Translations under genes and position numbers: made by a program | From: a bacterium | GTDB lineage: Bacteria; UBA8248 | Reading direction: 5' to 3' | DNA: 64,000 bases | Assembly (NCBI GenBank): GCA_965213625.1 | Contig: CBDBZU010000004.1 | Coordinates: forward strand, 608,001-672,000 | The notes under the pieces: generated by a model | The model's database searches: none | Told to the model about the DNA's origin: nothing | What the model saw: the letters and a program-made list of their open reading frames with translations, nothing else | In this document: positions 18,559-27,026 of the stretch, piece by piece | Layout: each line of letters begins with the position of its first letter | Numbering within the stretch: the first letter of the stretch is position 1

Positions 18559-19659
18559 CTAATACACCTCCGTTGCGCCGCCTTCGCCTGCGGCTTGCTG
18601 TTTGGGCCGCCATCGCAACAGATAGCGCTCCAGCCAGTTCACCGCCGTGTTGGCGATGAGCACGATGAACATGAGCAGGATGAGGCCCGCGAACGAGCCC
18701 GCGATGTTGAACAGGTTGCTCGTGTGCTGGATCATGAAGCCCAGCCCCTTGCTCGCCGCCATGAACTCGCCCAGGATGGCCCCGATGATGGCGAAGGGAA
18801 CGCCTATCTTGAGGCCCGTGAGTATCCAGGGCATCGCGGCGGGCAGCGTGACCTTCCAGAGAACCTGCATCTCGTTCGCGCCCATCACCTGCGCCAGGTT
18901 CTTCAGGTTGGGGTCCACGCCCCTCAGGCCCGAGTAGGTGTTCATGAAGGTCAAGAAGAGCACCAGGCTCACCGCCAGCACGATTTTCGATTCCACCCCG
19001 ATGCCGAACCAGATGATGAGAATCGGCGCCATCGCCACGCGCGGGATGCCGTTCACCGCGACGATGAAGGGGTCGAGTATCTCGGCCAGGGTTTCCAGCC
19101 GCGCCAGAATGAAGCCGAGCGCGATGCCGAGAGCGGCGCCCAGGATATAGCCCAGGAAGGCCTCGTACATCGTCGTCCAGGTATCGACGAACACGCTGCC
19201 CGAAAGCGTAATCTCCACCATATAGCTCATGACGCGCAGGGGCGAGCCGAACCAGAACGGGTCCACGCAGAGCCACTGTTTGGGGCCGATCTCCCAGGCG
19301 CTGAGCTCCCACATCGCCAGAAAGCCGCCCGCGAATGAGGCCCGGTAAATGAACATGCGCAACTTCTGGTTCTTGATGAAGCGCCCGGTCCTCGATATGG
19401 AGACGTCAACGAAGGCGATGGCGTGGAAGAACATGCCCGTGACGGAGCACATCATGTAGCCGGCCACCGTGAGGAACAACAAGAGCGAGCCAATCAGGTA
19501 ATCGCCCCGCCAGAGTTGCGGTACGCCCGGCAGGGGAATCGTCAGGAGGATCTCGCCCAGTTTGGGAATCCTGACGCGGCCGGAAGCCTCATGGGTGGTC
19601 TGTATTGCCTCGTCCGCTCCCTTGTCCCCGCTCGCCTCTTTATCGATCATGTCGACCAT
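18559..19659 (-). CDS. NitT/TauT ABC transporter permease with N-terminal membrane extension
   Basis: IPRVAMAP...WFGIG, GLRGVD, MGA......WKV.LP, GEFMAASKGLG; probable start ATG 19659. Confidence 0.88.
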   Translation of the reverse strand: MVDMIDKEASGDKGADEAIQTTHEASGRVRIPKLGEILLTIPLPGVPQLWRGDYLIGSLLLFLTVAGYMMCSVTGMFFHAIAFVDVSISRTGRFIKNQKLRMFIYRASFAGGFLAMWELSAWEIGPKQWLCVDPFWFGSPLRVMSYMVEITLSGSVFVDTWTTMYEAFLGYILGAALGIALGFILARLETLAEILDPFIVAVNGIPRVAMAPILIIWFGIGVESKIVLAVSLVLFLTFMNTYSGLRGVDPNLKNLAQVMGANEMQVLWKVTLPAAMPWILTGLKIGVPFAIIGAILGEFMAASKGLGFMIQHTSNLFNIAGSFAGLILLMFIVLIANTAVNWLERYLLRWRPKQQAAGEGGATEVY

Positions 19660-19685
19660 GGCAATCCCCTTCTTATCCGCTCGCT

Positions 19686-20489
19686 CTAACTCGCGGACCC
19701 GTTTTTCATCCAATCCTCGCTGCGCTGGACCTCCTCGCGCAATTCCTGCCACAGCTGATCGTAGGTCTGCCGAAACTCCTCCTTGCTGTGGATGGTGAAC
19801 ACGTCTCGCGGACGCGGAATGTCTACTTCGGTGACGCTCCTGAGCTTGCCGGGCCGGCTCGTCATGACGACGACCCTGTCAGCCAGGGCGATGGCCTCGA
19901 CGAGGTCGTGCGTGATGAATATCACGGTCTTTCGCGCCTCGCGCCAGAGTTTCAACAACTGATCCTGAAGGATAATGCGCGTCTGCGCGTCGAGCGGCCC
20001 GAAGGGCTCGTCCATCAGGATGACTTCCGGGTCGTAAATAAGAGTGCGTATGATGTTGGCCCGCTGGCGCATTCCGCCCGAGAGTTCGTGGGGGTAGTGG
20101 TCCTCGAACCCCGCGAGGCCGACGCGCTGGATGAGTTCGCGGGCCTTGTCGTGCCTGGTCTTCTGGTCGACCCCCCGCATCTCCAGCGGGAAGGCGACGT
20201 TGTTGATGAGCGTGCGCCAGGCGTAGAGATAGTCCGACTGCGGCACGTAGCCGATGTCGGTATTGATGCCGTGCAGCTTTTTATCCTTGTACGTGATGGT
20301 GCCCGAGGTGGGGTGCACCAGCCCGATAATGCAGTTCAGCAGCGTGGACTTCCCGCACCCGCTCGGTCCCACGATAGTGATGAACTCGCCGTCTTCGATC
20401 TCGAGGCTCATATCATCGACGGCGATCACGCGGTTTCCACGCGAGAAGAATTCCTTATGCAGGTTCTTGATCGAGAGAATTGGAGGCAC
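19686..20489 (-). CDS. NitT/TauT ABC transporter ATP-binding protein (TauB-like)
   Basis: [42 protein letters not shown]. Confidence 0.95.
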   Translation of the reverse strand: MPPILSIKNLHKEFFSRGNRVIAVDDMSLEIEDGEFITIVGPSGCGKSTLLNCIIGLVHPTSGTITYKDKKLHGINTDIGYVPQSDYLYAWRTLINNVAFPLEMRGVDQKTRHDKARELIQRVGLAGFEDHYPHELSGGMRQRANIIRTLIYDPEVILMDEPFGPLDAQTRIILQDQLLKLWREARKTVIFITHDLVEAIALADRVVVMTSRPGKLRSVTEVDIPRPRDVFTIHSKEEFRQTYDQLWQELREEVQRSEDWMKNGSAS

Positions 20490-20566
20490 GGCGCATGAAT
20501 CTCCGCCGCCGGGGACAGGCTCTCAAAAGCCCCTCCCCGGCGGTTTTCAGAGTCGGAAGTGTTAGT

Positions 20567-21613
20567 TCACATCTTGCCGGGCAGATACTCGTCCGTGACG
20601 AGGGTGCTCCTCGGGAACGCCTTCTTGAGCTTGCCCGCCGCGATGAGCAGGTTCTGTGTAATGTCCACCGCACGCTGGGTGACTTTCCCGTCCAGCGAGA
20701 CAGCCTTCTTCACCGCCGCGATGCTGGTGCGCAGCAGCCGCTTGTCGGTCTTGGCGAAATAAAGCTGGATTTTCTCGCGAATCTGCTCGGCGGTGTGCTT
20801 GTTGATCCAGTTGTTGGCCTTGAGAAGCGCCCGGACCACCTTGCGGACGGTCTCGGGGTTTTTCTTCGCGTAATCGGGCCGCACGAGCAGGACCTCCATC
20901 ATGAACTGGTCCATCTCCGGGTCCTCACCCGCAGAGTTCGTGACGAAGGGAATGCCGATGTCCTTGAATATGGCTGTCTCCGGCACGGGAATCGTCTGTA
21001 TCGCTACATCGATTTTGCCGCGCTGAAGCGCCGCGATGAGGACCGGGCCCGCGCCCGCGCCGATGAGCTTCACCTCTTTCTGGGGCGTATAGCCGGCCTG
21101 GCGGATCCAGTATTCACCCTGGTTGTAGGTGAGCGCGCCGGGACGCGTGGCGCCCACGGTCAGGCCCTTCAGTTTCTTGATCTTTTCCTTGTAGGGCGTC
21201 TTGGCGGTGATGCCGAGCCTCTTCGCCACATCCTTGCGGATGGCGGAGTTGACGATGCTGCGGTTCAGGCAGCTCATTACCGCGATGAGGGCGCCGCCCG
21301 CCTTGACGGCGTTGATCTGGTAAGTGCCCGCCGCGATGGAGAAATCCGCCTGGCCCGCGAGGTTGGCCTTGATGTCCGGCCCGCCGCCCCGCGTGGAGAT
21401 GACCTCTGCGGCCAGACCCTCTTCGGCGAAGTAACCGTTCGCACGCGCCACGTAGTTACTGACGAAGGCGAGACTCTCGACCGCCTGGGTGATGACGACC
21501 CGTTTGACGGCCGACTCAGAAGGCGTGACGGCTGTAAAGACGAGCGCCACTCCCAGGATAACCGCCAATACCGATTTGAAGATGAGACCCCGTACATTCA
21601 TTCTGTTATCCAC
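20567..21613 (-). CDS. NitT/TauT (NMT1/THI5-like) substrate-binding protein
   Basis: Signal peptide; YVA...GYFAEEGL, LKGLTVG..PG, ALQRGKID, NPETV..VV.AL.KA. Confidence 0.9.
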   Translation of the reverse strand: MDNRMNVRGLIFKSVLAVILGVALVFTAVTPSESAVKRVVITQAVESLAFVSNYVARANGYFAEEGLAAEVISTRGGGPDIKANLAGQADFSIAAGTYQINAVKAGGALIAVMSCLNRSIVNSAIRKDVAKRLGITAKTPYKEKIKKLKGLTVGATRPGALTYNQGEYWIRQAGYTPQKEVKLIGAGAGPVLIAALQRGKIDVAIQTIPVPETAIFKDIGIPFVTNSAGEDPEMDQFMMEVLLVRPDYAKKNPETVRKVVRALLKANNWINKHTAEQIREKIQLYFAKTDKRLLRTSIAAVKKAVSLDGKVTQRAVDITQNLLIAAGKLKKAFPRSTLVTDEYLPGKM

Positions 21614-21975
21614 GATTTCAGCCTCCCTCTGGGCCGCAGGATTCGCGGCTGCGTCATGGACTCGATCAACGCCCCGAGACGGGGCGCACTCAGTGTATCG
21701 GGAAGATATGACTTTCCTTCGATTCCTCCTGCTTGCAACAAGACAATACCGAAAGAAACTTTATGATTTCATGATGACGAGTAAAGAGAATACCATGTTT
21801 GCCGAAGCCGTCGCAAGATGCCGGAATCCGGTGCCGCATCATCACGAAACGCTCTGAGCCGCTTCATCCGGCTGGCGCAAGCCTCAAACCCCCCTGGATT
21901 GGGATGTTGAAAAGTCCTGATGAATGAAGGGGGTTGGGGGGCAAGGCAAGGAGAGATGGAAAGGCTGGTTTCCGT

Positions 21976-22096
21976 CGTCCCTCGATACGGCCCTTACGGG
22001 CCTACTCGGGATGAAGGTGATTTTTTTCCTCACCCTGAGTAGTACGCCATATCATCCTCACCCTGAGTAGCCGCCGAAGGCGGCGTATCGAAGGGC
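21976..22096. repeat. Inverted pair of ccctcgatacg...ctactcgggatga / tcaccctgagtag...cgtatcgaaggg palindromic repeats
   Basis: Two mutually inverted units of about 38 bp, each with an internal hairpin, plus a partial duplicated ctcaccctgagtag. Confidence 0.65.
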
Positions 22097-22145
22097 GCAC
22101 ATGGGCCTGCGAACCGCCCCTATCTCACCTCGATCCGCAGGTTAT

Positions 22146-22173
22146 CGTCATTCCGGCTTTCGCCGGAATGACG
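22146..22173. repeat. CGTC-type REP palindrome
   Basis: cgtcattccggc-tttc-gccggaatgacg, 12-bp perfect stem. Confidence 0.75.
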
Positions 22174-22191
22174 AACGAAATCGCATTTATT

Positions 22192-22219
22192 GTAGGGACA
22201 GGTCGCGACCTGTCCCTAC
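22192..22219. repeat. GTAG-type REP, perfect 28-bp palindrome
   Basis: Identical to 18470-18497. Confidence 0.85.
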
Positions 22220-22220
22220 G

Positions 22221-22287
22221 GAGGTTGTTGAAAATCCGTGTTTCGGAAGCGGGCGCTTTCCCCTCGAAGGACTCCTTCAACAACCCC
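22221..22287. mobile_element. Putative MITE with IS1182-like ends
   Basis: ggttgttgaa (22223-22232) / ttcaacaacc (22276-22285) resemble the IS ends at 10804 and 12324; a further left-end-like gggatgttgaaaagtcc at 21901. Confidence 0.5.
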
Positions 22288-23947
22288 CCGCCTGCGCGCG
22301 CTCGCGCTCCAGCTTCCGAAGAGCACCCCTTTGTATCTTTCCCGTGGCCGTGAGGGGCAGGCTTTCCAGGAACTCCACCTCTCTCGGGTATTTATAGGGC
22401 GCGAGCTGGGCTTTCACGAAATCCTGAAGCTCCTGCACCATTGCATCTTGCGCGCTCTCAGACTCAACTTCGGCGCTTCCCGAGAGAACGACGAACGCCT
22501 TCACGATTTCCCCGCGCTCTGCGTTCGGCGAACCCACCACCGCGCACTCGCGCACATTTGCGTGTTCGAGCAGCACGGCCTCCACCTCCAGGCCCGACAC
22601 GTTGTATCCCCCGGTGTTGATCATGTCGTCGGTACGCGCCTCGAAGGAGATGTACCCTTCCGCGTCGACGCGGCAAAGGTCTCCCGTCATGTTCCAGCCG
22701 TCACGCACGTAGTTCCGCTGGCGCTCGAGGTCATCGAGGTAGCGGCAACCGGTGGGGCCTTTGACGATCATCTGGCCCACTTCGCCGGGCGGCGTGTCGC
22801 GCATCTCCTCATCCACCACGCGCACCTGGTAGCCGGGCGCCGCGCGGCCTATCTTTCCGGGGCGGACATCTTCCCCGCTCGCCGAAATGAAGATGTGCAA
22901 AAGCTCCGAGATGCCGAGGCCGTTGATGATAGAAACCCCCGTACGCTCGCGCCATTCGCGGAACACCGAAGGCTCCAGCGGCTCTCCCCCCGCGATGCAG
23001 GCGCGCAGGCTGCTCAGGTCGTAACCACCCGCGATGTCGAGCATCTGCTTGTAGCCCGAGGGTGTGCTGAAGCACACCGTTCCCTTATATCTCTCGACCG
23101 ATACCAACAGATCGCGCGGCGTTCCCCGCTCGAGCAGAACCGAGGAGGCGCCGAAGCGCAGGGCGTCGGTGATGAAGGCGCAAAACCCGTACAAAAAGGC
23201 GATTTGCGGGCTGCCGCAAACGACGTCATCCGGCCCGAGATCGAAAAGATATTTAGGAAACGTATCCGCCACGGCGAGCAGGTCGCGGTGGAAATGCACC
23301 GTCCCCTTGGGCGTACCGGTGGAGCCCGAGGTAAAGCCGATGAGGGCCACGTCTTCCGCCGCCGTATCCGCGTTTTGGAATTCGGGCGAGGCTTCGGCCA
23401 TCAAGGCTTCGAGGCCGTCCGCCTGACCGCCCCCGAACAAGACGACGTGTTCCAGTGATTCAGAAGACTTGGCAGCTGCGCTCAAATCTTCGCTCAGTTT
23501 TTCGTCGCAAATGGCAAAACCGACCTGCGCTTTCTCCAGCACGTAGGCCAGCTCGCGCTCACGCATCACGGGCATGGTCGGAATCACGACCCCGCCCGCC
23601 TTCAAAACCGCAAGGCTCGCAGCCACGAGAGTCGGATGGTTTGATGAGCGAAGAAGCACGCGGTTTCCGGGCACGAGACCGAAGCGATTCGTCAGCACCG
23701 AAGCGATGCGGCCTGCGTTCTCCAAAAGCGAACGATAGCTCCAAAGCGTTTCGCCGTAATATATCGCAGGTCGCTCTGCCTGCGCGCCCTGGGCCATCTC
23801 GTCGATGAGTACAGCGCCTGCATTGATACGAGCGGGATAGGCCGCAAGCTCCGGCAAGACGCCGTAGTCCATCTCCGGCCACAGGGATTCCGGCGGCAGG
23901 TTGTCCCGCACGAACGTATCGACGTGCCCGCTCGCCTCAGCCGGCAT
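22277..23947 (-). CDS. 2-aminobenzoate/benzoate-CoA ligase family AMP-binding protein
   Basis: N-terminal GHVDTFVRDNLPP typical of 2-aminobenzoate-CoA ligases; FTSGSTGTPKG, GWNMTGD, LAPYKYPR, TATGKIQR. Confidence 0.85.
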   Translation of the reverse strand: MPAEASGHVDTFVRDNLPPESLWPEMDYGVLPELAAYPARINAGAVLIDEMAQGAQAERPAIYYGETLWSYRSLLENAGRIASVLTNRFGLVPGNRVLLRSSNHPTLVAASLAVLKAGGVVIPTMPVMRERELAYVLEKAQVGFAICDEKLSEDLSAAAKSSESLEHVVLFGGGQADGLEALMAEASPEFQNADTAAEDVALIGFTSGSTGTPKGTVHFHRDLLAVADTFPKYLFDLGPDDVVCGSPQIAFLYGFCAFITDALRFGASSVLLERGTPRDLLVSVERYKGTVCFSTPSGYKQMLDIAGGYDLSSLRACIAGGEPLEPSVFREWRERTGVSIINGLGISELLHIFISASGEDVRPGKIGRAAPGYQVRVVDEEMRDTPPGEVGQMIVKGPTGCRYLDDLERQRNYVRDGWNMTGDLCRVDAEGYISFEARTDDMINTGGYNVSGLEVEAVLLEHANVRECAVVGSPNAERGEIVKAFVVLSGSAEVESESAQDAMVQELQDFVKAQLAPYKYPREVEFLESLPLTATGKIQRGALRKLERERAQAGGC

Positions 23948-24902
23948 GGCGCTTCACCTCGGGCAGAAGTTCTTCGGCCAGCCGCATCATGTGTTCCACC
24001 TCCTCGCCTGCGGACGCCGCCGCCTTAAAGATGAAGTGCCGGACGCCCGCCTTCCGGTACGCATCGATCCGCTCGGCGCAACGCGCAACCGAGCCGTGGA
24101 GCAGGTATCTATTCGCCGCCTCGCGCATATCCATCCCATACCGCATCGAGAGATTCCTCGCACCCTCATCAAGTGCTTCATCCTCTTTTTCGCGCAGATT
24201 CACGAACAGGTGAAGCGCGGGCGTCCAGGGATTTTCGGAATCGTCAAGCGCGCGCCCCGCCTCGGCCGCGAAACGGTGAATCTGGTTCAATGCATTCTCA
24301 TAGCGCGATGTAGAATAGAGATAAGGCGCGTAGCCGTCTGCCAGAAGAGCGGCGCGCCTTTGCGCGGCCTCACTCCTGCCGCCCACCCAGATCGGAGGCC
24401 CGCCCGGAGTTAATGGCGGTGGGCTTTGCCGCGCATCCGAGAATCGGAAGAATCTCCCCTCGTGCCTCACCGCCTCCCCCGACCACAACTTGCGCAACAC
24501 CTCGATGGCCTCATCCGTCCGCGCCCCGCGCTCTGTTTTCGGTACACCGCAAACCTCGAACTCCTTCTCTTCCTCGCCGCCTACGCCCACGCCGAAGATG
24601 AAGCGCCCGCCCCCGCTCAGGTAATCCACCGTGGCCGCCGCTTTCGCCGCGATGGCGGGCCGCCTGAGCGGCAGGAGATAGACGAGGCTGCCCAGCGTGA
24701 TGCGCTCGGTTCTGGCCGCGGCGGCGGCGAGAGCGGCGAGGCTTTCCAGGAAATTGCCGCGAAAAGCGATGTGATCGTCCAGCCAGAAAGAATCGAAACC
24801 TGATTGCTCCACCTTCTCTATGAAATCGAGAAAATCCAGGTGCGAGGGCGGATCGCCCGGCTGCATTCCGTAGCCGTATCCGTATTTCACCGCTTCGTTC
24901 AT
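23937..24902 (-). CDS. LLM-class flavin (possibly F420)-dependent oxidoreductase
   Basis: GFDSFWLDDH, AARTERITLGS.V..LPLR.P, SGGGRF.FGVGVG, PPIWVGG.S.AA.RRAA. Confidence 0.9.
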   Translation of the reverse strand: MNEAVKYGYGYGMQPGDPPSHLDFLDFIEKVEQSGFDSFWLDDHIAFRGNFLESLAALAAAAARTERITLGSLVYLLPLRRPAIAAKAAATVDYLSGGGRFIFGVGVGGEEEKEFEVCGVPKTERGARTDEAIEVLRKLWSGEAVRHEGRFFRFSDARQSPPPLTPGGPPIWVGGRSEAAQRRAALLADGYAPYLYSTSRYENALNQIHRFAAEAGRALDDSENPWTPALHLFVNLREKEDEALDEGARNLSMRYGMDMREAANRYLLHGSVARCAERIDAYRKAGVRHFIFKAAASAGEEVEHMMRLAEELLPEVKRHAG

Positions 24903-24920
24903 GGGGACCCTTAATACAAT

Positions 24921-26945
24921 TCAGCCCGATGCGCTCAGGTGTAGATGTCCTCGAGCGTCCCGTCTCGCCGCCCAGCCGGGAGGGACGAGAGTGTTCGAGC
25001 CGTATTCCTCGATTACCGCAGGCCCGCTTATCTCGGCGTCTGAAGGCAGGGAATCTCGCCGGTAGACGGGGCAATCGGGAACTTCCTCCTCGAAAACGAC
25101 GCTTCTTCTCTCCAGGAGCGCGTCATCAAGCACGCCGCCCGGATTTTCCACCTTCACCCACCCCAGCTTGTCCACCATGCCGGAGGCCCGCACCCTGAGG
25201 TTCACGATCTCGAGCGGATCGTCCGGATGGCAATGCCCGTAGCGCGCCTCGTAGCGTGTGTGGAACTCACTGCCCAGGGCGTCGAGCCAGCCACTGGATT
25301 CCGGAACCGGAATCGTGAGTTCGAACGCCTGTCCGACATATCGGACGTCTACGTGACGGAGCGTCTCGATTTCACTCAATCCGGCCCCGCGCAACTGCTC
25401 GGCGCAGGGAGCTTCAAGATTCTTGAAAATGCGCTCCAAATCGCTTTCTTGCGCATCTTCCAAAGCAACGAAGCACGTCCCGACGTTCTCCTGCACCACA
25501 TCCGCCATGAGGAGACCGACTGCTGAGAAATTTCCGGGAAAGCGCGGTACGACGACGCTCGACATGGAGAGTTCCTTCGCTATCAGGGCGGCGTGCAGCG
25601 GCCCCGCGCCGCCGTAGGCGAGGAGGGTGTGTTCCCTCGGGTCGAAGCCGCGTTCGATGGAAATCTCGCGGATTGAGCTCACCATCCGCATTACGGCGAG
25701 GTCGACCACTCCGCGCGCCATCGATACGGCGCCTGAAATCCCGAGTTCCACGGCCAGCGACCCGAGGGCGCTCTCCGCCTTTTCGGGGTGGAGTTCCAGC
25801 CCTCCGGCCAGCAGCGTGCGCGGCCCGATGCGCGAGAGGGTGACGTTCGCGTCCGTGACCGTCGGCTCCTCGCCCCCAAATCCGTAACACGCAGGTCCCG
25901 GACGTGCCCCCGCGCTCTTTGGCCCCACGTGGAGCGCGCCGTCCTCATCGCGCCAGGCGATGCTCCCCCCGCCCGCGCCCACAGTGTTGATCTGAAGCTG
26001 CGAGGTCTTGAGGGGATAGGCGCCGATAGTGTTGTTCGTGCTGACGATGGGTCTGCGGTCGCGGATGAGGCATACGTCCGTGCTGGTGCCGCCCATGTCG
26101 TAGGTGATGAGGTGATCGAGACCCAGCGACTCGGCAACCGACACGCCCGCCACCACGCCGCCGGCGGGGCCGGAGAGTATCGTACGCACAGGAAACCGCG
26201 CCGCCCGCCCGGCGTCGAGCATCCCGCCGTTCGAAGCCATAATAAAAAGGGGCGCGCTGCATCCATTGTCTTTAAGCGCTCCCTCCAGACGGCTCACGTA
26301 GTTTTTAATTTTCGGGCCGAGATAGGCGTTCAGCGCGGCCGTGGAGAAGCGCTCGAACTCGCGGTACTCGGGCACAACCTCGTGCGATAGGGAGAGAAAT
26401 ACTCCCGGCAGCATCTTTTCGAGATACTCCGCCGTGCGCCTTTCGTTCTCTCCGTTGGCGTAGGCGTGCAGATAGCAGATGGCGAGAGCTTCCGCGCCAA
26501 GACGCTTCAAGCGTTCGGCCTGCTCCTCGACCTGCGCTTCTTCCACGCGGACTTCCACTCGCCCATCGGCCAAGGCGCGCTCTTCGATTTCGAGCCGCAA
26601 CTCACGGGGAACGACCGGCCGAGGGCGAACGAATTTCGGGTCGAAAAGGCTCTGGGGCACGAGGCGCTGCGTCCGGCCAATCTCAAGAACGTCGCGGAAG
26701 CCGTGCGTCGTCAGGAGAGCAGTGCGCGCGCCTGAGCCTTCCAGGATCGCGTTGGTGCCGACGGTGGTGCCGTGCGTGATCCGCTCGATGCCGGAGATAT
26801 CGAGACTCCCGACGCCTTCGAGAAAAACCGCGTCTTCTCTCCCGCGAAGCGTGGGAATCTTGGAAACCTCTATCCGTTTTTCGTCCTCATCGTAGAAAAC
26901 GAGATCGGTGAAGGTTCCTCCGGTGTCTATGCCGACGAGACTCAA
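24921..26945 (-). CDS. Hydantoinase A/oxoprolinase (ATP-dependent amidohydrolase) subunit
   Basis: GIDTGGTFTD, HGTTVGTNA.LE, LSGPAGG, DMGGTSTD, GAGGGSIA, GPACYG.GG. Confidence 0.93.
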   Translation of the reverse strand: MSLVGIDTGGTFTDLVFYDEDEKRIEVSKIPTLRGREDAVFLEGVGSLDISGIERITHGTTVGTNAILEGSGARTALLTTHGFRDVLEIGRTQRLVPQSLFDPKFVRPRPVVPRELRLEIEERALADGRVEVRVEEAQVEEQAERLKRLGAEALAICYLHAYANGENERRTAEYLEKMLPGVFLSLSHEVVPEYREFERFSTAALNAYLGPKIKNYVSRLEGALKDNGCSAPLFIMASNGGMLDAGRAARFPVRTILSGPAGGVVAGVSVAESLGLDHLITYDMGGTSTDVCLIRDRRPIVSTNNTIGAYPLKTSQLQINTVGAGGGSIAWRDEDGALHVGPKSAGARPGPACYGFGGEEPTVTDANVTLSRIGPRTLLAGGLELHPEKAESALGSLAVELGISGAVSMARGVVDLAVMRMVSSIREISIERGFDPREHTLLAYGGAGPLHAALIAKELSMSSVVVPRFPGNFSAVGLLMADVVQENVGTCFVALEDAQESDLERIFKNLEAPCAEQLRGAGLSEIETLRHVDVRYVGQAFELTIPVPESSGWLDALGSEFHTRYEARYGHCHPDDPLEIVNLRVRASGMVDKLGWVKVENPGGVLDDALLERRSVVFEEEVPDCPVYRRDSLPSDAEISGPAVIEEYGSNTLVPPGWAARRDARGHLHLSASG

Positions 26946-27026
26946 TGAAACAGCCTTCCTTTAATAATAAAGCGAAGAAATAATCACGCCCTCATACGGA
27001 CAAAAACGGAAAAATTATAAATCTGC

